Below, piece by piece: positions 10,364-23,489 of a stretch of 36,566 nucleotides of DNA (position 1 is the first letter of the stretch; the number at the start of each line of letters is the position of its first letter). Under the pieces are notes generated by a model. It worked only from the letters and a program-made list of their open reading frames with translations, did not search any database and had not been told where the DNA came from. The DNA is from Patellaria atrata CBS 101060. Taxonomy: Eukaryota. A program made the translations under genes and the position numbers. The stretch is taken from positions 148,098 to 184,663 of the forward strand of contig MU006108.1 in assembly GCA_010093705.1 (NCBI GenBank). Reading direction: 5' to 3'.

Positions 10364-12404
10364 ATGGCGATATCATCCCCGAGCTCCACGTTGACCTCCT
10401 CTTTCCAAGGGATGCGAATAGAATCCAAAACGAGAGTGACCTCACCAGAAGAAGATAACTTCGACGACGCCAAGTATGCGAACGATATGCGTTTTAAGTC
10501 TACATTGGAAGACATATTTAAGAGGTACACGGAAAATTATACTGAGGAGGATGATGAAATTGATCTAGAGACTGGGGAGATTGTCGTAAACAACGGTCGG
10601 ATTGCGTCGTTACCAGACGTGCCTAGGAACGGTCTATGGGCTGAGCTTGACGATCAGGAGGCTGCAAGTTCTAGTCTACTCGACCTTTACGGTGTCGATA
10701 CGGATACCAGTGTAGTCAATGGCGCCGGGAATGAGACCGATGATGAAAGTGAGCAGTCTGCTCCCGAAACACCAGATGTATATACTACCCGCCCAATATC
10801 ATACCTTCTACTAATGACGGGAAATCTAGGATATTGTTTGCACAAATAAATACAGAACATACTCCGGTAGGTATCTGGTCGACTCTCCAATAGATGTTCA
10901 AGTATCGGACAAATTAATGCAATCTCATGGCGATTTCGTAAAGGGAAATGAGCATCTACGGGTAGAAAATCACGTAAAGGAAAATGCCCGGGATAACGAG
11001 ATATGGAATAACATCCCACATCTAGATACGTTGAGTTCCGTTGAGAACATAAGAGAAAGCTTAGAACAAGCGATTCAAGCGCTCAGCAAGCACTTGAGCA
11101 TATTACAGAAGCAGCACCGAGATCTGGATCATAAAAGCCCAAAAGCCACCTCCGCATCCCAAACTCCTGAAGAGAGTCCACGATACGAGATACCAGAGAC
11201 CCCTTTTACGATCTATTCTAGATGTCTCGAGAGTCCTGCATCGAGTTCAGTCCAAGGTTTGCCAGCAAACAGTCCTTCGAGTCTGAAACGCAAGCACGAG
11301 AAAGTACAGCAAGCAACCTCTCCATCTCTTGCTCGGCAGATATCTAGTACCAGTCAACGATATTCTACTACAAGCAATGGATCTCCGACTAAGAAGCTGT
11401 ATCGTAGTCCTAGAAGCCCGCTTTCAAATGATGACGATGACAGTCCTGATGAATTGAGCAACTCAGGAGGATCGTCACGGGGTGGAACAGTGCGACAATT
11501 CCAATCAAACGTACAGGACCGACTCAAACCACACCACCCAAATCCAAGAGGGAGACGGGGTTTCAGTGCTATCGATAGTCCCAAACGCCCTACTACTACC
11601 GCAACTCGTATTATCCCTATAACTCCACATAGGATTAAATTTGAACCGAACTTCAACCTGTCGATTACACCATCTCCCTCACGAACCGTCGCCGAGACCC
11701 CCCAAGGAGTTTCTCCAATGCCAAGGGCGAAGAATCCTGCCCCACGAACACTCGGGTGCACAAATACTCTAAACATATCGTCGAATGCATCTCCAAAACC
11801 TCTAGTATCTGATAGGTCTACAGTTCCGGAATATAAGCCACAAACAGCAAATTCTTCTCCGGTAACCATCACAACCACACCGCTTAATAACGAGAGGATG
11901 ATTAAGGACTCGTTTGAGTTCACTGTTCGCGCCGTCACCAAGTTTCAAACCCCCTCCAGATCTTATAAAAGTCCTCTACTAGAGAAACCCCGCCGACTCC
12001 CTGTCACAGCCCCGATTCATAAGACCGTGTCCTTCTCGGTAGACACGATGGACGATAGCAGAGATGACGATACCGAGGATGATGATAGTTATGAGAATTA
12101 TGACGAGGCAGATAACACGGACCATGACGACGGTGATGATGAGGACGAGGGTGAATATCAGGACGAAGGCAAGGAGGGAGACGAAGATGAGGACGAAATA
12201 GCCATCACACCTATCAGGATAGGTAGTGCGCGCAAACCGAGTCCGGAGAAGCGATATCTCACTCCACGAAGCATGAGTAGAAGCTCTTCGCTTAGTACAG
12301 CGAGCAGAAGTTCTTCGCTCGTGACCCCAACACGAAAGATTACCGCGCTACTTGGTATAGAGTCGGAGAGCAATGAGCTGTCCTTGGTACCGGACTCAGT
12401 GTGA
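10364..12404 (+). CDS. SCM3: Scm3-domain (CENP-A/Cse4 chaperone-like) protein; exons 10364-10777, 10830-12404
   Basis: RFKSTLEDIFKRY..DDEIDLETGEIVVNNG is the Scm3 motif. The GTATAT..ACTAAT..CTAG intron joins the 161-aa and 495-aa ORFs in frame. Confidence 0.78.
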
Positions 12405-12985
12405 GAAGGCTCTGGATTGCTAGCGTGGAGTATCACGGAGGGGGCGTTAGCTGTTTTTTACCGTCTTTCATTATACCACTTGTGTTTCTTTTTTGATAAC
12501 TTTTGGAACACGTCTCGACTTTAACGCTATGATAATACAATTAAGTTGATTGGAATACGTAAAAATTCAACCCCTATATTCTTCTCTGCCGGTTTCCTTC
12601 ATCCCCTTGCATGGCAAGTAGAACTCAAACGAAAGAGTATTACTTAGGTAAACAGCAGATTTGGAATGAGATTTCGCACTCGTCCTGGTAGCAAGAGAAG
12701 ACATAACTCTCTTGGTGGAAAGCTGGAAGTATAAAAATTTCATAAAATTGAGCTACGTGATAAATAAATTCCAATATCTGCTGCCGAGAAACATCAAACG
12801 TCCGAAAGAACTGTAAAACCAGTCTCCGGTTATCGTACCTCCATTGAACTTTTTAAATCCGTGCTCCAAGCCAACCTTATATACAAAACACCATGCTTAA
12901 AGAAATCATGAAACTTGAGGGATTAGAATGGAAAGAAAGCACACCGTAGCTTGTAGATACGTAAAGACCTAACTAAGATGACAGT

Positions 12986-15900
12986 CTATATCTGATTTCC
13001 CTTGGTGAATTCCCTCCAGCTGCGGACCTCAGGCGGGATTCCCTCCTTCCGGGGCAGTTTCTCGCTCATGCACTGTGAAAATAAAAGAGCCGTCTAAAAC
13101 AAAAGGCGAGATATTAGCATCATATATAAAACGCTAGAGTAAGGGATTTAGCAAAGCTTACCTTCGGCTCCATGAACAACGGGACTCCAAAATCGACCGC
13201 ATTCCTCCTCATGACATAATCTTCATCCACTAAGCTGCTCGCCCTAACCTTCGCCAAGTTGAAAACACCCCTGATATCATATTTCTGAAAAGCTTCCCTC
13301 AAGGCCCTCTTATCCTCCTTCGGGAACTCAATAACTTCGACGCTCACACTTCCATCTTTAGAGCTTTGCTCAAGATGTTGTTTTATTTGATCGTTAGCCG
13401 CGTAGAACCTGTAACCCAGCGGTGCCAGATAATCTACGATCTTCGCAAGTTCAGGCTTCTCGACGTCGCCACCGAATAGAAGACCCTCACCGGGCTCTGG
13501 CACGCGAAAGTTCATCATCGACTGTACGGATGTCCAGTACGCCTCCACGATATTCTTACCGAAACACGCCATCTCCCCCGTACTGCTCATTTCGACGCCG
13601 AGGAATGGGTCTGCGCCCGCCAACCTGGTCCATGAGAATTGCGGTACCTTTGTCGCGACAAAATCTCTCTCGACAGCCATCAAATCGACGGGTTCTGGGA
13701 CTTCGCGGCCAACGATGGCCTTCGTAGCGACGTCAATGAAGTTGACTCCTAGGACTTTGCTGCTGAAGGGGAAGGAGCGCGAGGCACGGAGATTGCATTC
13801 GATCACTTTGAGTCTGTCCTCACCACCTTCGGGGTCTGCTGCCTTGATGATTTGCATGTTGAAGGGACCAGTGATGCTCCATGCTTCAGCAACCTTACCC
13901 GCAATCTCTTTGAGGCGCTCTTGCGTGCGCGCATCGAGGTTTACTGGGGGTAGGATTAGAGTGGCATCTCCGGAGTGAACGCCGGCATCTTCGACGTGTT
14001 CGCTGATAGCGTGGACTAGAAGTTTGCCGTTGGATGCAACAGCGTCAATATCGATTTCTTTGGCACCTTCGATATATTGCGTGATGACAACTGGGTGATC
14101 GGGAGAGACCTCGCTCGCTGCGAGGAGTTTGTCCTTCAGCTCATTCTCACTTCGGATCACAGTCATCGCGGCACCGGAGAGAACATAACTAGGCCTTACT
14201 AGCACGGGATATCCGACTGAATCCGCGAACTTCTGTGCTTCTTCATACGATGTTAATTCTTTCCAAGCTGGTTGATCAACTCCAATCGAGTCCAAAATCT
14301 GTGAGAATTTGTGGCGGTCCTCCGCCTTATCAATATCGTTAGGATCAGTACCAAGAACCTTGGCCTTTCCGGTCTCCTGAAGCTTTAGAGCGATGTTTTG
14401 GGGTAGTTGGCCTCCAACGGAAACCACAACACCACTAGCGGACTCCAGTTCGTAAATGTCCATGACACGCTCATAGCTCAGCTCCTCGAAGTACAGTTTA
14501 TCAGCGACGTCAAAGTCAGTTGAGTACGTTTCCGGATTATAATTGATCATCACGGTCTTCTTCCCGAGCTTGTTGAGCGAAAGAGTAGCGTTGACGGCAC
14601 ACCAATCGAACTCAACAGAGCTGCCAATTCGGTAGACGCCGCTTCCTAGAACCATAACTCCATGGTCATTAAAGTCCACATCGTGCGTGGATGCGTTGTA
14701 AGTAGTGTAGAGATAGTTGGTGTTTGCTGGGAACTCTGCCGCAAGTGTATCGATCCTCTTGACGAATGGTTTGACACCGAAACCCTTTCGTCTAGCACGA
14801 ACTTCGTCTTCAGTGCTGTTCACTGCTTTAGCGATTTGTTTATCCGAGAAACCCATCTTCTTGGCCTTCGTGATCAGCTCTTTCTTAAGACCGAAAAGGC
14901 TGCCAATCTCCTCCATTTCACGTGTGCAGTCTACAATATTTTGAAGCTTGTGCAAGAACCATTTGTCGATCTTCGTTAAGTCGTGAATCTTGTCGATGGA
15001 GTAACCCTCATGGAACATGGCTTGACCGACGGCAAGCCACCTCCTATCCGTAGGGTTCTTCAAAGTGTCATCAAGATCCTCGAATTTATCTCCTTGAAAG
15101 CCGAGGAACTTGGGGTCGACTTGCCTGCAAGCTTTCTGAAAAGACTCCTCGAATGTCCTTCCAATTGCCATGACCTCTCCGACTGACTTCATGGAGCTAC
15201 CGATCTCTCGCTTCACGTTCTGGAATTTACTCAGATCCCATCTGGGCATCTTAGTTACGATGTAATCCAAGCTTGGTTCGAAATTGGCCGTAGTAGTCTT
15301 CGTAACTGCATTGGGAAGTTCAGGAAGCGTGTGTCCAAGTCCAATCTTCGCCGCGGTATAGGCAAGGGGATATCCCGTCGCTTTAGAGGCTAGAGCAGAT
15401 GAACGAGATAGACGTGCGTTAACTTCAATAACCCTATAATCCAACCCATCGGGTTGTAAACAGTACTGCACATTACATTCGCCAACAACACCGAGATGAC
15501 GAACAATCTTGATCGATGCAGATCTAAGCATATGGTATTCCTCATCACTGAAGGTTTGACTGGGCGAGACGACAATGCTGTCTCCAGTATGAACTCCGAG
15601 GGGATCGAAATTCTCCATGTTACAAACAGTGATGCAGTTGTCACTAGCATCTCTAACGACTTCATACTCGGCTTCCTTCCATCCTTTCAAGGACTTTTCT
15701 ACGAGAATTTGAGGCGAGAGCGTCAATGATCTGGCTGAAAGATTTCGAAGTTCCTCAGGGTTATGGGCAAATCCAGATCCGAGTCCACCAAGTGCGTAAG
15801 CTGCGCGAACAATGATAGGATAACCGATGTCTTCCGCAGCCTTGAGTGCCTCATCGACAGAGCTAACGGCTAATGATTGCGCAACTGGGATGTTGATCTC

Positions 15901-16675
15901 ATTCAATGCTTTTACGAATAAATCGCGGTCCTCACTCGTCTCCAGAGTCTTGATACTTGTACCTAATACTTTGACATTATACCTTTCAAATATGCCCATC
16001 TTATTCATTTGTACTCCTAAGTTGAGCGCGGTTTGCCCGCCAAAGCTAAGGAAGATTCCATCTGGTCGTTCTTTCTCAATGACATATGTCACATATTCCG
16101 GAGTGACTGGTAGATAGTAGATATCGTCCGCGAGCACATGAGAGGTTTGGATAGTGGCAATGTTAGGATTTATTAATATTGAATGTACGCCAGCCTCTTT
16201 CAAAGCTTTTAGAGCTTGAGAACCTATATAACACCAATGAATCAGCAATGTAGAATACCAGGGAAAGTTTTCAGAACTCCTCTCTCGATAAATGTGCAGT
16301 TACGCAGCACTAAAGAGATAACTTACCTGAATAGTCAAATTCTCCTGCCTGACCAATACTTAGCCCTCCACTACCGATGACAAGCACTTTTTTAACATCC
16401 ACCAAATCCCTCCCACCAGCAATTGAACCGCTATCCAGGAATGGCTTTGCCTTAGGCGCCTCCGCGCTTTCTATGCATATTCTCGCCGTTGGCGAATAAG
16501 CTCGAATATGCTGAGCATATTTTTGGGACCCATAGACCTTGGGGCTACGCGCACATAGTGATGCTGTAGGTGCTGCCCGAGTAGATATACTGCGAGAATT
16601 TACTGACAATGACGCAGAATGACATTGGCGAAGTAAAGATGGAGTGCGGGCGATAAGCCTTTGGCTGAGGGCCAT
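12986..16675 (-). CDS. CPA2: Arginine-specific carbamoyl-phosphate synthase large chain, with mitochondrial presequence; exons 16675-16327, 16223-13162, 13093-12986
   Basis: [30 protein letters not shown], two ATP-grasp halves ([21 protein letters not shown]), MGS-like tail. R/S/A-rich N-terminus; no GATase, DHOase or ATCase domain. Confidence 0.96.
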
Positions 16676-16856
16676 TGCTGATTATTGTCAGATAGAAAGA
16701 AGAGGAAGGAGCAATTGACCCTCAAGGGTCCCGAAATCGACCTCTAGAGGCTGCGTGGAAGAAATTTGGAGCTCTAGAAATTTTCTGTGACTGGAGCTTT
16801 TTTTTTTTTTGGTGATTTGGAAAAATGTCACTCTGACACACGACACAGGCTAACCG

Positions 16857-16947
16857 CGATAACGATAACGGATCTCAGATCGGAGGCGGTGAAAAGTTCA
16901 ACAACTGAAGCTAAAATTAATTAAACTTGATAATAAGCAAGTTATCT
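16857..16947. promoter_or_regulatory. Cluster of GATAA sites upstream of CPA2 (AreA/NIT2-type candidates)
   Basis: CGATAACGATAA (16857-16868), TGATAA (~16928), TTATCT (~16942). Confidence 0.35.
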
Positions 16948-17485
16948 TTGTTAATGAAACAGAGACGGTACAGAGTACCATGTTGTACAGCAGTACCAGC
17001 TGCGATTTCGCTGGACGCGACGAAAATTTAAAAATGATTTTGTGATGCTAAAAAATTTCATCATTGCTTTTCGTCTGACGGTGCTGGAGAAGGCATGCAC
17101 TATGCGTTCTGATCATCCACACCTCTCATGCAGACGCACCTAAAAATTTCTGTCTAACATGCTGGTTGTTAGAATTCTACCGTCCAATAATGGCTTAAGA
17201 GTGAGCATACAGGTGGTTCAAATAAACGAACAACTATAGTCCACTACCGCATTGGCTCTGGGTGAAGAGGCTAGGGACCTACACCTTTTCCTGTTCAAAT
17301 GCTTCCCTTGCCGGATCACAAAGACATTAGAATAAGCAATGAGGTAAGCTGGGTGCTTAAAGCAAGCCTATGTATCACCCACTCCTATAAGGACGGATGC
17401 CGTAACCCCTTTGAAGGATATCCAGTTGTCTATGCTTGGTTCATAATGCTCTTATATTAACAAGTGAAAGATGGGCAAGTCATCA

Positions 17486-18386
17486 TTAGGATTTTTCACT
17501 AGATTTTCTCGTAGACACTGTCTTCTTTGCCTCTTCCTCTGTAGCCATCATTCTATTCTTGAACTCTCTCGGAGACTCCGACTCCTTGCGCTTCTCGCCC
17601 AGAACTCGTTGTATAAACGACGGTTTCGACCATAGACCCAGCTTAGCTCTCTTTGCGTTCTCCTCTGCTGCTCTGTACTTCGCCTCAAATTCACCAAACT
17701 CAGATCCCGTCTTGGCTTCGTAAACGGTAGCCAGTCCAGCTTTCAGCATCTGTAATCCCACATCTCTTCTAATGAACCACTTCCGCACAAATACCGTTGC
17801 CACTACGCGTTCATACTGGTCTCGACGATATACGTATGCTCGAACGTGATGACTCAGGATATAGTCTTTTAGCCAATTGAGTGCTTCCTCACCATAAGGC
17901 TGGCCTGGGCGGCCAAAATGGGGAAGCTCTGGCGCATCAATGCCCGCAATCCTAATGTGAAGCTGATACAACAAGTCAGCACGCTCAGGGTTCTATGAAT
18001 GTGTGGGACATTGACCATACTGTTTTCTCTTTTAAACCCTCCCTCTTGCTGGGCACGACTCTTCCTGGGAACCAACCCCATCCCGCCAATTTTCCTCCAG
18101 GAGTATGAAATAAGCGGAAGTTATCTCCATCTCCTACGCTAGTGACCTTGCCAAAGACGCTACGCCGTCGAAAGAAGCTCGGTTTCATATGCTCGGCGGT
18201 AGGTATGCGCCGTAGATATGTCTTATACCCGTGTATGAGTGTTAAGGTTGTGAGAGTGAGGAGGGCGGTGGGAACCCATTGTCGTGGTTCAGTATAGTAG
18301 GACCAATTAGTCGAGTTCAAATTGTCTGCCCATGAGCTCTCATGCTTGGAATTTTCCTCATCTTTACGAGAGAACGGGAAGCGCAT
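17486..18386 (-). CDS. LCL3: Staphylococcal-nuclease-like endonuclease Lcl3; exons 18386-18021, 17962-17486
   Basis: [48 protein letters not shown]-terminal hydrophobic segment. GTATGG..GCTGAC..CAG intron. Confidence 0.92.
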
Positions 18387-18755
18387 TTTTGCGCGACCAC
18401 GAAGTAAAACGGGTCCCGTTGAAGAACATCAACACTATGCGCAATACAACCGAAGTTTCCCCGGTCAGGGGTACGATTACCTTATCAGTCAACAAGAGAC
18501 GCTTTACATTTCGAAAAAGTACTTGGGTTCTGAACGTAATTATATTGGAGTGAAAGATATTGAATTCAGACGGGAATCAGTTCCTTAACAAGAGTTATAA
18601 CTCCTCGGTCCCGACATCTAGTCAGGATCCTAGTATCATTGCTTACATCCCTATGCAGAGCTGAGTTCTCCCAATACCACAAGATATATTTTGACAACCC
18701 TGCCATGCTCTTCAATCAGTAGCAAGTTATGCAGTTGGACTGATTTTGTAGAATC

Positions 18756-20031
18756 TCATCCTTGTACCCTGAAAGTACGTCCACTTGCTGTCTTTCTTTC
18801 TTTCTCTTCGTTTTCCGGCCTTGCTCTCCGTAGTACTACGCCTGGTTAGTATCAACTAGACTAGAAAGAGAACCAATCTTACCTTGAAGGAAATCTGCGG
18901 TCCGCCTTCGCATTCGAGAGTGGATGTATGCCTAAAGTATTGCTGATTAATTGAATTATCATCAAAGATATAGGCAAGAAATTACCTTTGATGCTTTGAT
19001 GTGGTAATGGAAGTAATCACGGAAAGTCTGGATATGGGATATCACTTCTTCTCTTCGTTGCTTCGTGAGATGTCTCGGGAACAAGACTAAAGGCACATTA
19101 GCCCGAGATACGAACGCTAGAATTAGAATGTTTAGTACCAAATGTGATATACCCTACTTCACCACGTCCACTCGCGAGACCGGGGACATTCTGCAATTCA
19201 AGCGGTGGATCATTGCGGAAAAGAACCTGCGGAGCATTTTGAATCGCTCTCCGTCTAGCATCAACGAATTCCTGTTCAAGCAGAATGGTCAGGTATGCAC
19301 AAAGACAAGATAAGTCATATACATACCTGTAGGAAAACCTTTCCAAATATTCGATCCGTCTCTTCTCTGAAGATGGTACTGAATATGACTGTAACTCTGT
19401 CATGACTCGCCTTGATGTAAATAGCTTCCTCCTCCCGATAATGTATCGCGCGAACTTCTCCCCCCTCTCTGACTCCCTGAGGAGCTTGCTCGGATGTAAA
19501 TTTCGATGCTTGTTCTTGTAACTGTGCAAACTCGTCGAATGCTTGTTCAAATGGTGCGGCCATAGCATTCCGCTTCAAAAGTGAAATCCTCCGAATGAGG
19601 TCGTCCCGAGCATCTACGGAAGAGTGTCAGCTAGATGCTCTCAGTATCGTGTTAGTCCAGGTATCTCATATGTACCTTGTTCTGCCGGGAGGTTCTCAAG
19701 ATCCACTTGTATTGAGAAATCGAAACCTTGTTCTGGGGATACGATGTACGGTCCATATTCTCTTTCAAGGACTTCCTGCGCGCCGTATTGAACTAGTTCC
19801 TTGAAGCACTTTACTGATATGGAGACGAGAATCTTTGTCTTAGATTCCGGTGTAGAAATATGGAATGTTACCCCATCGAAATCGGATACAACTTGGTCGA
19901 TTGACACTGGTGGTGCACTGTTGATATTGTTAAATACGCCCCGGTTACTTGAAATCAAACGGTGCTTACCCTGAAAAGCGGTCCTTTAACAACGACTCAA
20001 TCAACACATTTTGATAGTCTAGTAGAAGCAT
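18756..20031 (-). CDS. ARC35: Arp2/3 complex 34-kDa subunit; exons 20031-19970, 19917-19676, 19613-19327, 19271-19139, 19086-18986, 18931-18883, 18835-18756
   Basis: MLLLDYQN, DFDGVTFHIS, LKRNAMAAPF, DRVTVIFST, FRDYFHYHIKASK|AYIHSRMR, KTASGRTF. Six introns keep frame. Confidence 0.95.
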
Positions 20032-20225
20032 AATGAACACCCAGTAGGCAAGATAAGGGTGTTCTAGTGGTATTGTGGTGTACTTCGAGAGAATCAGCTA
20101 TTGAAGCTGTCAACGTCGTGGTGCGTGTGGGGCCTGCGGGATGGACATCACCCCCGCGCAGAGCCGCTCCGCTACCAAAAAAAAAGTTTTGGCCGCAGAT
20201 TAAGCTCGCATTCAACTACAAAATA

Positions 20226-23192
20226 ATGGTTCGATCATATATGTGAGTTCTCACAACTGTCTTACTGTCATTAAAATTAATTGCTAATTTTGAAAGTAAA
20301 TACGAACACTCTCAAACTCTTGGAATCGTCACATCAGCGACCTCGAACGTAGTTTGGATTGCGGATGCTAGAACAGATGCCTTGAATAGAGCTACCGGTG
20401 CGGGTCGTGCGTATGTGGGCGCGAATGAAGAAGTACTATCCTGGGATGTGAAGAAGGGGGAACTTTTGAGTAGATGGCGGGATTCTACATGCAATTCAGA
20501 GGTCACGGTGCTAGCAAATAGCAAAGCAGATCCTGATGTTTTCGCCGTAGGATACGCCGATGGGAGTATTCGAGTGTGGGACTCAAGAATAGCGACCATA
20601 ATCGTCACTTTCAATGGCCATAAATCTGCTGTCACTACCTTGAGTTTCGATAAGTCGGGAGTACGTCTTGCAAGTGGTTCGAAAGATACAGATATCATTA
20701 TCTGGGATCTCGTAGCCGAAATTGGTTTGTTCAAGCTCCGAGGTCACAAAGACCAAGTTACAGCTGTTCATCTCGTCAGTCCTCCAAGTCCAGTCTTCAA
20801 TGAAGAAGAAAGTTTAAAAGAGTCGGACTCTGTTGACTTGGTTGACTCGGATCAATGTTTTCTTCTGTCATGTAGCAAAGATTCTTTAATCAAACTTTGG
20901 AACATCAACACGCAACATTGTATCGAGACTCACGTAGGTCAATCCAATGGCGAATGTTGGGCGATGGGGCTATCTCCAGAGTGTGACGGGTGTATAACCG
21001 CTGGCAATGATGGGGAACTAAGAGTATGGGCAATTGATATAAACGGTCTCCGAAGATCGAAAAGAATAGGAAATGACCCTGAGAGAACTCATTACTTACA
21101 TGACCGGGGAGTTCTATATCGTCAAGCAAAAGATCGGACGATTGACATCAAGTTTCATCCCAACGGCTCATACATCGCCGCCCACGGATCTGAGAAAGCC
21201 GTGGAATTATGGCGTATCCGTAACGAAGCAGAAGTCGTAAAAGCGCTGGCACGAAAACGCAAGAGACGACGAGAGAAAGAGGCCGCTACCGAAAAGACGG
21301 GGGATACAGAAATGACTGATAGACGGGAAAATGTTGATGATATTTCATTAGCAGAAGTGACCGATATTTTCGTCCCACATGTAATTGTACGGACAGGAGG
21401 AAAAGTCAAATCAGCAGATTGGTCCCCCACAACGTCTAAGAAAACGTTACAGCTTCTACTGGGCACAACCAATAACCTGTTAGAAGTTTACCATATACCG
21501 ATGAAGGACAAGTCAAAGAAGAGCGAAGACGCAGCTGATTACAACCGAGCATTCAGTGTAGAAATACCTGGGCATCGATCCGACATCCGGGCTGTAGCTC
21601 TCAGTTCTGACGACCGAATGCTTGCAACTGCATCCAGCGGCGCCCTTAAGGTCTGGAACGTAAGGACACAGAGCTGTCTACGGACTATTGAATGTGGTTA
21701 CGCACTCTGCTGTGCCTTTCTACCAGGAGACAAGATTGTTGTAGTTGGCACGAAGAGCGGAGAATTAGAACTCTTTGATATCGCCTCTTCCGAGCTTATA
21801 GACCGAGTCGCAGCTCATGAAGGATCAATATGGACGCTACAAGTCCATCCGAATGGGCGCTCCGTCATTACAGGGAGTGCAGACAAGTCCGCGAAGTTTT
21901 GGAACTTCCAAATCGTCCAAGAGGAGATACCGGGTACCAAACGAACATTTTCACGGCTAAAACTCGTTCACGCCCGTACACTTAAGGTCAATGATGATAT
22001 CCTTAGCATCTGTATTTCCCCTGATTCCCGCCTACTAGCCGTTTCGACTTTGGACAACACTGTTAAAGTCTTCTTCCTCGACTCCTTGAAGTTTTTCCTC
22101 AACCTCTACGGCCACAAACTCCCTGTTCTTAACATGTCTATATCTTCTGATAGCAAACTCATCGCGACCTGTAGCGCTGACAAAAATATCCGCCTCTGGG
22201 GCCTCGACTTCGGTGACTGCCACAAAGCTTTCTTCGGACACAACGACAGTATCATGCAAGTAGCCTTTATACCACACCCTGTCTCAAAAGAAGACGTCCA
22301 CACCTTCTTTAGTGCAAGCAAAGACCGGATCATCAAGACATGGGATGGTGACAAATTTGAACAGGTCCAGAAGATCGAAGGTCACTTTGGAGAGATATGG
22401 GCTATGACTGTTAGTAAGGCTGGAGACTTCTTCATCACGGCTTCCCATGATAAGAGTATACGAGTGTGGAGCCAGAGCGATGAACCAATCTTCCTTGAAG
22501 AAGAACGGGAACGGGAACTGGAAGAACTTTACGAGTCTACTTTAACCACAAACTTGGAGGCCGACGCCGAAGACGAGGAAGGGGAAGGGGAAGCAGGAGA
22601 AGTGGCAGCCGCAACGAAGCAAACTATCGCCACTCTCACAGCCGGTGAGAGGATTATGGAAGCGCTGGAAGTTGGATACGCGGATCTGGAACTCGTTCGC
22701 GTCTGGGAGGAGCAGAAGAGGGTAAATCCGAACATCGCGCCTCCACAACGAGATCCATTATTTCTGGCTCTTTCAAATATCAGCGCAGAGCGTCATGTTT
22801 TAAATACAGTTGCGAAATTGCCCGCGTCTCAATTGCACGATGCGCTACTCGTACTCCCATTCTCTGTCCTCCCTCAATTCTTTGCATTCATCCGCATTTG
22901 GGTGGTCAGACAGTGGAACATTCCGCTTACGTGTCGTGTGCTTTTTTTCATGCTTAAGACACATCAGCGGCAGATCGTTGCTAGTCGAGAACTCATGGTC
23001 CCGTTAGAGGAGATTAGGAAGGGGTTGAGAAAGACATTATCTGAGACAAAAGATGTCCTAGGTTTCAATCTCGCAGCGCTTGGTTTTGTGAGCGAACAGG
23101 TGAGTCAGGGTAAGGTGACGACCTTAGAAGCTTACGATGAACTACAAAAGAGAACTGGGAAGAGAAAGAGGGCTTTTGCACATGTTGCATAG
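20226..23192 (+). CDS. DIP2: U3 snoRNP WD40 protein Dip2/Utp12; exons 20226-20242, 20297-23192
   Basis: MVRSYI|KYE micro first exon (GTGAGT..GCTAAT..AAG), WD repeats (AVGYADGSIRVW, LYGHKLPVL, WGLDFGDCHK), C-terminal Utp12 domain. Confidence 0.95.
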
Positions 23193-23489
23193 ATCGATCT
23201 TGACCGTAAAGCACTATAACTGCGCAAGGACATTGTTTGTAATCTGCATATTCTACAGATCTTCCATGCAGCTGACGATGGCCGACATCATCAATGCTAT
23301 TGATCCCTTATGGATGGGATAATTCAAAGATAAACTCCTCACACCGTTACCCACTATAGCACGCCCCTTCGCCAAGTAGTGCAAAGAATCCATCCAAACA
23401 TTCGGACCCAGTAGGAGTAGATGTTAACGAACAACAGATTAGAAGTAGGTAGTTATAACAAACCCACACCAAGCTGACACTGGGATGGC

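Noticed and set aside
16676..16975. Arginine attenuator peptide uORF upstream of CPA2
   Set aside because: No upstream AUG on the sense strand here; the AAP belongs to the small-subunit gene (CPA1/arg-2)
17033..17115. Box C/D snoRNA (GTGATGC..CTGA..CTGA)
   Set aside because: Imperfect C box, and no convincing rRNA complementarity of 10 nt or more could be identified by eye
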